Assembly (NCBI GenBank): GCA_034722435.1
Contig: JAYENX010000007.1
Location: forward strand, 1-19,693
DNA length: 19,693 nucleotides
Reading direction: 5' to 3'
Source: Nanobdellota archaeon
Lineage (GTDB): Archaea; Nanobdellota; Nanobdellia; Woesearchaeales; JAHWHD01
How positions within the stretch are numbered: the first letter of the stretch is position 1; the number at the start of each line of letters is the position of its first letter. The notes beneath the pieces were generated by a model. It ran no database searches. It saw only the letters and a program-made list of their open reading frames with translations, and was not told the origin of the DNA. Position numbers and translations under genes: made by a program. Of this stretch, positions 11,277-19,107 are shown piece after piece.

Positions 11277-12771
11277 ACTTTCTAATTTTCATATTATTGT
11301 TGCTAATAAGTCCTGAAGTTACTTCCCCATTATTCACCCCAGTCTTTAATAAATCGAAGTAAGCTCTGAATAAGAATGTATCTCATATATCAGGACTTCT
11401 CCCTAAATATCCCTTCACAGTTTCCTCACTTTTGTTATTACTATCCTTTGGGATTAAGGCTAGCTTTTTATCATCTCCTTGTTGTTTCTGCCTCATAACA
11501 GCCAAGGCTTCTTCAACGATGACTTCCTTTTCTAATGCTGTTGCTGTTATAGATATTTTTCTATCCTCTATCATTTCAGCCAACTTAAATCCAGCTTGTG
11601 ACTTTAAGTTACTGAAGTTTACTACTGTGGTATCTATCCCAGGAACAATTTGTCTTCTGATTGTTTTAGCTTTTAAAGCTGATGAGTTGTTAACGAATGA
11701 CTTACAACCTTTTAAGAAGTCTGATACTCCACCACCCACACCATCATCATCAACAACGACATGACTTCTTGGTATTTTAAATTCTACTTCTAATTCCCTT
11801 GCATCTTGAACTGTTCTGTCAATTCCTTGTTTCTCTTTAACAACTCTTTTAATACTATGTCATCCTTTTCATACATTAAAAACTATTCTATCCCCACCAT
11901 ACCTTGCAACATCTATAGTTAAGTACATATCGTTACTCTCAATTATACTGTTTGTAAACATATCTTCAACTGCATCAAGTGATACAAGCATATTAGTTAC
12001 ATCATCATAGTCTCAATCTCCATCTCTTAGCCTTCTCTTTGTTTTTTCATCTACAATACCATCAAGCTGTGCCTTGTAACTTTTAGCAACATAAGGATTT
12101 TCACTGTATAGTACTGGAACATAAGCCACACTGCTATCAAGCTCCCCTTTTGTATATGGTATATGGAAGAATCTTTTAATCCAAGTTGAGCTGGGGTTAA
12201 AAGTACAGAGTGTTTTAGGTTTTATCTCAATAATGTTTGGATACTTCTCTGGGGATGTTTCATAATCCTTTGGTGGTTGCACCATTATATTTAATTCAGT
12301 ATCAAATAAGTTGTGTCTACCAGTCCTAGTCTTTAATACATCAAAGGCTTGAAAGTGGGTTTCCCCAGCTTCTTCAATAGCCCCCCTTGTATATTCAAGT
12401 GAACCGAACCTTTCGTACTCTGCATCAGTTGGCTTAAATGCAATATCAAGTAAATCAATAGTTGAGCCATTCTTAAACTTAATTATATTATACTTACCAT
12501 CTAGCTTTCAATCACTCTCTGGAATATTATGGTGTTTACATACTTTGTTCCAAGTAACATAGGTTGAAGCCATTAGTCTTTTTAACTCGTTCCTTGCTAT
12601 ATAACCACGATAGCCTGGAAACCTATAGGCATATATTAATTGGTCTTCACATATGAGTCAAGATTTACCTCCACCAGCACCTCCACCAAAGCCCACTATT
12701 TTTGTATGGTCATCATTAAGGTAGCCTCAAGCTATGTCTTGTTTTATTGTTGGTGTTAATGTTATTTCCAT
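11257..12771 (-). CDS. terL: Terminase large subunit, 504 aa with TGA=Trp
   Basis: Walker A GFGGGAGGGKSW, ARNELKRL, Walker B GAIEEAGE, CTFNP, LRDGDWDY, nuclease motifs TIDVARYGGD, VVDDDGVGGGV and GRSPDIWD. Seven in-frame TGA codons. Confidence 0.95.
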
Positions 12772-12777
12772 AATTTA

Positions 12778-13176
12778 TTAATCTTTATCGTTTGGTTTTA
12801 TATAATTAATTGATACAACAGTATTAAGCTCTGCTCCATCTTTACCAGATAGTTCTGTCTTTGTCAAGGCTTTACCATCCATCCTATCTAAGTATGAGTT
12901 CACAGCACCTAGCTTGACAGAATTGTTTTCTTCCATTGAAGTTAGAGCTTTTAATTCAGTAACTACACCATCATAAATTCTCTTATTTTCGATATAATCC
13001 ATTACTAATCTATTACTCTCTAAAGAATCAATTGTCTCTGATATTGATTCTTCCATATTCAAATCATAAATAACTTTTATTTCACCTCTTACAAATTGGT
13101 AATCTTTATTTATTGATAACACAGATAGTCTTTGTTTATCAGATAGTCTTTCTAATTTTTTTTCTAAACTTTCCAT
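12778..13176 (-). CDS. terS: Probable terminase small subunit (132 aa)
   Basis: Directly upstream of terL. C-terminal DRMDGKALTKTELSGKDGAEL pattern is typical of TerS proteins. Confidence 0.7.
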   Translation of the reverse strand: MESLEKKLERLSDKQRLSVLSINKDYQFVRGEIKVIYDLNMEESISETIDSLESNRLVMDYIENKRIYDGVVTELKALTSMEENNSVKLGAVNSYLDRMDGKALTKTELSGKDGAELNTVVSINYIKPNDKD

Positions 13177-13182
13177 AGCTTT

Positions 13183-13211
13183 ATTATAACATAATTAGTA
13201 TACCTTTACAA
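13183..13211 (-). promoter_or_regulatory. Sigma70-type promoter of the morphogenesis operon
   Basis: TTGTAA (13211-13206), 17-nt spacer ending ATGT, TATAAT (13188-13183), 6 nt before the terS ATG. Confidence 0.7.
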
Positions 13212-13227
13212 CACTAAAATCCAAAAG

Positions 13228-13557
13228 GTTACATTTGATTTGAAAAGTCTTTTGAGAAATATACAAATATATATATATTATTACTCTCTATTATATATAA
13301 AAAAAGTGTAACTTTGTAACCTTTTTAGCTTAGACCTTATAAAATAAGGGCTTCCGAGGTTACAAAAAAGTTACAAAAAGGTTACAAAGTTACAGAAAAC
13401 AGCCCTTTTTCACCCATTTTTCGGTTTTTTTACTCTACAACAACACACTTTAAGGTACTTGTAAATATTGAAAAAAGCAAAAAAACCAAAGGTTACAAAA
13501 AGTAATGTAACCTTTTATCCACAGTTTTTCTTGCATTTTGTAACCGACTATGTTACA
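13228..13557. repeat. Probable replication origin: 11 GTTACA/TGTAAC repeats in both orientations, an AT-rich tract and a central hairpin
   Basis: GTTACA at 13228, 13359, 13370, 13381, 13389, 13492, 13552; TGTAAC at 13307, 13315, 13506, 13539. CCTTAT-aaa-ATAAGG at 13335-13349; AT-rich run about 13261-13305; next to the primase-helicase gene. Confidence 0.7.
13515..13523 (+). promoter_or_regulatory. Consensus DnaA box
   Basis: Exact TTATCCACA, 7 nt upstream of the -35 of the rep promoter. Confidence 0.6.
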
Positions 13558-13559
13558 CT
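13531..13559 (+). promoter_or_regulatory. Sigma70-type promoter of the replication gene
   Basis: TTGCAT (13531-13536), 17 nt, TACACT (13554-13559) with an extended TGn element; overlaps two GTTACA repeats. Confidence 0.55.
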
Positions 13560-13661
13560 GATTGTATCAATGAGTTTAAAAATTTTAACGACTAAATTTT
13601 ACTTCTCTAAGTACTCATTGATTAAAAGGCTTAGGGAGGTAGAATTTAGTTTTTATTTATT

Positions 13662-15827
13662 ATGAATCAAAATCAACTTAAAGCATTAGAATATTGAGAT
13701 GAAGGATACTCTGTTTTTCCTTTGAAAATCTCATATAATAATGGAGATAAAAAACTATCATTTGTTAATGGAAGTTGAAAGAAGTATCAAGAAAAAAGAA
13801 TGTCAGAAGAAGAAGTTGAGAGAGCTTTTAGTGATCCAACATTATCTATAGGTATTGTAACTGGTAAGATTTCAAATCTTACTGTTATAGATATAGATAA
13901 GAATGAGCAAGGGAAGTTAAATGCTAACCCATCAGATTTTCCTGATACTCACACAGTTGAGACACAATCAGGTGGAGTCCATTTATACTATAAGTATACT
14001 GACAATATAAAACAAACACAGAATCTTAAAGTCCCAAACATTGGGGAGGTAGATATTAGAAGTGATGGAGGATTTGTAGTAGCACCAAATGGAGATGACA
14101 GATATAATACCAAAGACAACCAGCAACCAATAGATGCACCAGACCACTTATTTCAAACACAGAGTCCATCAGGAACTTTTAAACATACTACCATTGATGA
14201 TGTAATATATGTTTCAGAACACCCAGAGTTACATTCAAGAAATATAACAGTTTTCAACTACTTCTTGACAGAATTAAAACAAACTGCTACTGCTGATGAG
14301 TTCCAAGGTATCTATGAAAACTTAGTCTTCGCTACTAATGATATTCAATCGAGAGAGAAAATAGATAATATCAAAAAGACTTTTGAATCTGCTAAAAAGA
14401 TTATCCTTAAAGATAGAGAGGGTCAATCACAAAATGATATTAAAAAGGAAGCAACTAAAATGTCAGCTTCAAAAGTGAAAGCATACTTTGAGAGAGTAGA
14501 GGAATACTTTGTAAGAGAGAATGATAAGTATGTAGTATATGTTAAAGGAGATAATATAGAAGAGATATATAAATGAAGTGAAAAAGGACTTTATGAAAAA
14601 CAATCAAAGACACAAGTTAAAGCTGATATATCTACTTTCTTGAAAGAGAAGAATCTGTTTCAATATAATAAAGATAATTTTCACAATGAAATATACAACA
14701 GATTAATCACACACTTGTCAACCTTACCTAATAAAAGATTTACTGAGGTATCTGAAAAAATAAATGTACAAAATGGATTCTTTGATTTAGAGACAAGAAC
14801 TTTGATACCACACAGCAAAGATATTTTCACAGTTAACCAACTGAATTTGGCATATTACCCAGAAGAAACTGAGATGCCTATCTTTCAGAAGTATCTTGAT
14901 GTAATCGAGCAAGACTCTGATGGTCTATCTCAAATGTTACAAGAGTTAGCTGGGTATGTATTGCAAGAAGGTAATGCAAGGCAAGTAGTGCACTTTCTCT
15001 ATGGTGCGACTGGAGACAATGGTAAGTCTGTTTTTTGAAAGATTTTAGCAGAATTATTAGGACATAACAATGTATCTTTTGTTAAATTGGATTCATTCAA
15101 GTCCTCCTCTGACTTTGCACTTGAAGGATTAGCAGATAAAAAATTAAATGTTTCAGATGAAACAAATAGGAGTTATATTGATTCACCAGTATACACTGAG
15201 GCAACATCAGAAGGAACAATTAAGTTGAATAAAAAACATGGTGGAATGTATGATTACACAGTAAAAGCAAACTTTATAATCGTGGGTAACTTCTACCCAA
15301 AATTCAAAGATGCAACTGGTATGCAAAGGAGAGTTGTAGTTGTACCATTCAATCATAAGCTCAAACCAGAAGAAAAGATCTTGAATATTGAGAGAAGAAT
15401 AGCAGAGAAAGAATTATCTGCTATCTTTAACTGAGCTTTAAAAGGTATATTGATGGAGAGCAATTCATTCTTCTTATCAGAGCAATCAAAAGCTGGAACA
15501 CTTGAGTTTGAAGCTATCATCAATCCAGTTAAGGATTTTGTGGAGACTTCTTGTATCTATGATGAAGATGCTTGAATTAGTCCAAAAGAATTATATGGGA
15601 ACACAGAGTTTAGGAGTGAAACAGGTTACAACTTATTTATTAAAGAGAACAATAAAAAGCCTTTAGATTTTAGAAATTTCTCATCAGAGTTTAGAACATT
15701 AACTCAACAACATAAACTTCCTGGGTATGTTGAGTGGGGGGTGGTTAAAAAAGTAGATGGAAAAACAATGAGAGGTGTTAAAGGAATTAAATTATTAGCA
15801 GAATACAATGGAGAGGTTAACTTTTAA
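13662..15827 (+). CDS. Bifunctional primase-polymerase (Prim-Pol) fused to a P4/D5-type SF3 helicase, 721 aa with TGA=Trp
   Basis: ALEYWDEGYSVFPL...SWKKYQ, VIDID, TQSGGVHLYY, VDIRSDGGFVVAP (Prim-Pol). GATGDNGKS (Walker A), KLNVSDE (Walker B), NFIIVGN (motif C), MQRR and IFNWALKG (SF3). Six in-frame TGA codons; TAA at 15825. Confidence 0.93.
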
Positions 15828-15833
15828 AATAAT

Positions 15834-16022
15834 ATGAAATTTATAAGAAACTCATATAAGATAATAGACCTTGCCACTGGTAAGAAATCTAAGAGAAAAG
15901 AGCTTTTTGAAGCTATTAATAAAAGAAGAGAATTAAACAACAATGCACAAATCTGAAAGGTAGAAACATACCGAGCAGATGACAGCAGTGCAGATATTAT
16001 AAAAGAAGAATGAATAATGTAA
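15834..16022 (+). CDS. Small hypothetical protein (62 aa, two TGA=Trp)
   Basis: MKFIRNSYKIIDLATGKKSKRKELFEAINKRRELNNNAQIWKVETYRADDSSADIIKEEWIM, TAA stop; starts 6 nt after the helicase stop. Confidence 0.6.
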
Positions 16023-16240
16023 AACAATTCCTCACAGAAGGAATCAAAAGACTCGAAGCTGAAAATGAAAGGAGTAATAAATTCAACACTGAATATATAG
16101 CAGAGACAAGAGTTAAAAATAGGAGAAGAGAAAACACCACAAGAGAGATGAAGTTAAGATACAATTTTCACAAGTGGTCAATAGTAAAAAACAACAAGAG
16201 ATTAGAGGACTATAAGAAGTGATTGTCAACCTGTGGATAA
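16010..16240 (+). CDS. Small basic hypothetical protein (76 aa)
   Basis: The track ORF extends through TGA at 16220 to TAA 16238-16240. Confidence 0.55.
16232..16240 (-). promoter_or_regulatory. Consensus DnaA box
   Basis: TGTGGATAA, the reverse complement of TTATCCACA, 15 nt upstream of a -35 element. Confidence 0.6.
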
Positions 16241-16255
16241 CTCTTACCATCTCGC

Positions 16256-16284
16256 TTGACTTTTTCAACCCCTTGATATACAAT
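16256..16284 (+). promoter_or_regulatory. Sigma70-type promoter
   Basis: TTGACT (16256-16261), 17 nt, TACAAT (16279-16284), in an intergenic gap. Confidence 0.7.
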
Positions 16285-16332
16285 AGAGTTATGAAGGCAA
16301 GGGGAAATATTAAGTCTTTATAATAATATAAT

Positions 16333-16866
16333 ATGGAAAATATAGTTACATTAGCAAAAAAAGGAATAAATTACAAAGCAAAAAAAGAACAACTTAAGAA
16401 AATAGAATTTAAAAAAGTAGATGGCATCTGATATGGTTATGCTACAGATGGATATATTATGTTTGAAGTAAAAGCGGGTAGTATATCGTTTAAAGATAAA
16501 ACCCTGGAAAAGTTTTATATTGATGCCGTTGATATAAAAGATATAAGAATTAAAAAGAATGACATTGTTATTAGTGAAATAGATACAGAAAAAGGTATAT
16601 TACTTCTAATTGTAGAAGATAAAAAATACAATATATCAATAAAAAAAGAATGTCCAGGATTCCCCGACCTTGACGAAATAATAAACACCCGCGAAGATGT
16701 AAAAGAAACAACTTCTAAAAATTCTTTTAATTATGAGTATATAAAAAAAGCGGGTGAAATTCTGACTGATAAAACAAATGAAATAAATATACAATTTTAC
16801 AAAGGAAAACACCCATCAATTATAACGGGAAAAAATGGGGCTGCTTGGTTGATGTCAACAATATAA
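16333..16866 (+). CDS. Shortened DNA sliding clamp (DnaN/beta)-like protein, 177 aa with TGA=Trp
   Basis: Start extends to ATG 16333 through one TGA. YATDGYIM, GFPDLDEII, SFNYEYIKKA, INIQF..KHPSII and AAWLMST parallel the beta-clamp motifs VATDGHRL, GRFPDY..V, GFN..Y..D and AYVVMP, in the same order. Confidence 0.55.
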
Positions 16867-16884
16867 CAAAGTTATGTTATTTAT

Positions 16885-16918
16885 AAAGCATTTAACAATT
16901 TAGAATTAAATGCTTTTT
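16885..16918 (+). terminator. Terminator-like hairpin
   Basis: Perfect 11-bp inverted repeat AAAGCATTTAA (16885-16895) / TTAAATGCTTT (16906-16916) ending in a T run. Confidence 0.55.
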
Positions 16919-16930
16919 AATAATATAAAT

Positions 16931-17293
16931 ATGAATAAAAATATAATACTAACACTAACAGTGGCCGGAGTGGTTGCAATAACATCTCATTTATACATAA
17001 ACAATGAGTTAAAAGAACTAAATAACATTTTAACAATTAAAGAGAATACTATCACAAGCTTAACATCTTACAATAAAGATTTAAGAGATAGCAACAACGA
17101 ATTAAAAGCACAGAATGATGACATTCTGAAAAGCCTTGAATTTGAAATATCAGAAAGCAAAAGATTAAACGAAGAAGCAATACAAAGTGAGGAAGACATG
17201 GTAGCAATGGGGGAGAAATTTATTTCTTTTATTGAAAAAATAAATGTTGATACATTAAGGAGATTAGAAGCAATTGAATATTTAACTAAATAA
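16931..17293 (+). CDS. Hypothetical protein with N-terminal membrane anchor/signal and coiled coil (120 aa)
   Basis: MNKNIILTLTVAGVVAITSHLYI hydrophobic stretch followed by heptad repeats. ATG 16931 is preferred because ATG 16910 lies inside the hairpin. Confidence 0.75.
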   Translation: MNKNIILTLTVAGVVAITSHLYINNELKELNNILTIKENTITSLTSYNKDLRDSNNELKAQNDDILKSLEFEISESKRLNEEAIQSEEDMVAMGEKFISFIEKINVDTLRRLEAIEYLTK

Positions 17294-17294
17294 T

Positions 17295-17537
17295 ATGAAA
17301 CTAATCAAAGATAAAATAGAACACCTATTTAAAGGTGGATACATTGACGAAGTTGATGAAAACAATCATAATTATGTTGTTTATTTAGCTACAGAAGATT
17401 TAAAAGGAGATGGAGAATTATCAGAGGATTACGATGTAACCAAAGAGGAGGTTGAGGAAATTTATAAACCATTCATTGAAGAGTATATCAGGGATATAAA
17501 AGACTATGACGACTCTATATGAAGATTACCTAATTAA
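17295..17537 (+). CDS. Acidic hypothetical protein (80 aa)
   Basis: The track ORF extends through TGA 17520 to TAA 17535-17537; TAATATG junctions on both sides. Confidence 0.7.
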
Positions 17538-17538
17538 T

Positions 17539-17658
17539 ATGAAAAAAACACAAAGCCCTGAGAAGCGAAATGTTCCTAACAAGACTAATGATAACAAAAA
17601 AGTGCTTTTATGTCAATGACTTGAAAGCCATCCACCTTATCTTCTGGCGAGAGGGTAA
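17539..17658 (+). CDS. Possible small hypothetical protein (39 aa)
   Basis: MKKTQSPEKRNVPNKTNDNKKVLLCQWLESHPPYLLARG. The start is coupled by TAATATG, but the 3' half overlaps a structured element. Confidence 0.35.
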
Positions 17659-17742
17659 GATAAGACCGAAACTGTCTTAAAACTAATTATAAAGTCATAT
17701 CTCCAAATAAAAAGATAAAGAGATAGATTAATAAAAAAAATT

Positions 17743-18090
17743 ATGACAGATATTTTTAACGAGGCAAACAAGCCAGAATCAAACTGATTCAAATTTAATA
17801 AAGTAGGTGATTCAGTATCAGGTAAATTAGTAGAAAGAAGACATCAAGAAGGACAAGGAAATTTCCCAGCACAAGAAGTGTATGTTCTTAAAAAAGATGA
17901 TGGAGAAGATGTTAATGTAGGAATTTCAATAAATAAAAGCTATGTAGTCTCAAGAGCAAATAAAGCAGAGGTGGGAGACACATTAGGATTTAAATTTGAA
18001 AAAGAAGTTCCATCAGCAACAAAAGGAAATGCACCAGCTAAATCTATTGAAGTGTATCTTGTAAAAGGTGAAGAAGGAATAGACTTCTAA
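17743..18090 (+). CDS. Probable single-stranded DNA-binding (OB-fold) protein, 115 aa with TGA=Trp
   Basis: MTDIFNEANKPESNWFKFNKVGDSVSGKLVERR...EVYVLKKDDGEDVNVG...GDTLGFKFEKE...EEGIDF. The beta-rich pattern and acidic C-terminus ending in Phe fit an SSB, and it lies in the replication/recombination module. Confidence 0.55.
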
Positions 18091-18180
18091 CATCAACTCC
18101 TTGAATGAGTATAAACTTACCATTTTTATATTATTATAAGACTATTTTGTATATACTTTACAGATTTTGTAAGCAATACT

Positions 18181-18277
18181 TTGATGGTGTTGTGATGAGA
18201 ATATTCAAGGTAAAAGGAATCCCTAATACATTGCAAGTTAAAACCTTGTTCTCATCACAATGCTATTAACTTTAGCA
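18181..18277 (+). ncRNA. Structured intergenic RNA element, copy 1
   Basis: TTGATGGTGTTGTGATGAGAA (18181-18201) pairs with TTCTCATCACAATGCTATTAA (18249-18269): 21 bp with 4 G-U and no mismatch. CAAGGT/ACCTTG extends the stem after a TATT bulge. Confidence 0.6.
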
Positions 18278-18295
18278 GATTAATAATAAAATAAT

Positions 18296-18994
18296 ATGGA
18301 ATTAATAAAAGGAAAAGAATACAAGACAAAAAAAGAGAATAAAATTTACACAGGATATTATACAGGTATTGAAACAACAAACGGCTTTCTTTTCGAGCTT
18401 TCAGATGACCCATCAAAAGGTTGAGATAGGGATACTTTGGTTCCAAAAGATTGAGTATCAATTGGAGATGATAAATACTGATGATTTGATGAAGATGATA
18501 AATTTGAGGAGGTTAGTCGGGAATCCCAACACCCCACTCTTATGACAACAAAGGAATTTACGGGTAGTGTATATGAAGCAATGGGGGGGGGAGAAATTAA
18601 TGAACCACAAGCAGATGTTAGTGTCATTGAAAGGGTAAGGGAAGCTATTAGTAAGTTGGGATTCCAGGGGGGTGAAGAGGAGGAGTTTAATAAATATGTA
18701 AAAAAAGCATGAGAAGAGCCTGAATGCAATCCCCTAATAGAATTTAAAACTAGGAGTGTGTGAAAAGAAGAAATTAATAACAATAAAAATATGACAATAA
18801 AACAAACATTTAAAAAATTAACAATGAGTAAAGCAGATAAAAACCTTATCAAAGCTGGAGTTGTTAATGATGAATTAGAATTAACAAATAGTGGAAGAGA
18901 TTTAGTGGTTGACTTAATGTTCAACAATAAAGATATTAAGGCTGAAATTGCTAAGATGGCAGAGGCTATTGTTAAAGAACAAGAAGACTGTTAA
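18296..18994 (+). CDS. Hypothetical protein, 232 aa with six TGA=Trp
   Basis: Open from ATG 18296 to TAA 18994 with no TAA or TAG, including a TGA-TGA pair (YWWF). The in-frame ATG at 18791 has its own A-rich start context. Confidence 0.65.
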
Positions 18995-18995
18995 G

Positions 18996-19100
18996 ATTGG
19001 TGGTGTTGTCAAGGGAAAGAACTTGAATAAGTTGGATTGTGAGAGCTAACTCCTAAGGTAGAACTCAGTAATCCCCCTTGACAATGCTCCTAATAGCATT
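18996..19100 (+). ncRNA. Structured intergenic RNA element, copy 2
   Basis: ATTGGTGGTGTTGTCAAGGG (18996-19015) pairs with CCCTTGACAATGCTCCTAAT (19075-19094): 19 of 20 pairs including G-U. It encloses hairpins at 19020-19033 and 19034-19074. Confidence 0.6.
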
Positions 19101-19107
19101 AATTATT

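Noticed and set aside
229-11764. Plus-strand track ORFs over the structural module (e.g. 229..552, 1187..1435, 3058..3393, 10342..10656, 11432..11764)
   Set aside because: Ser/Phe/Leu-rich antisense shadows of well-supported minus-strand genes.
13228-13557. GTTACA array as a CRISPR array
   Set aside because: Repeats are only 6 bp, in mixed orientation and irregularly spaced; no cas genes.
13468-13688. ORF 13468..13665, or a shorter version from ATG 13570, in the origin region
   Set aside because: It overlaps the repeats and promoter, has no recognisable features and overlaps the rep start. The short version cannot be fully excluded.
16200-16229. Antisense promoter from a perfect TTGACA on the minus strand
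   Set aside because: The -10 at 17-nt spacing is TCTAAT, lacking the conserved -11 A. The TTGACA at 19078 likewise has no properly spaced -10.
17558-17570. CTGAGAAGCGAAA resembling a hammerhead ribozyme core
   Set aside because: It does not match CUGANGA, there is no stem II between the motifs, and no flanking stems are evident.
18996-19100. Hairpin elements as tRNA genes or integron attC sites
   Set aside because: No cloverleaf, TTCRA loop or CCA end; no RYYYAAC/GTTRRRY ends and no integrase. I found no tRNA anywhere in the window by eye.
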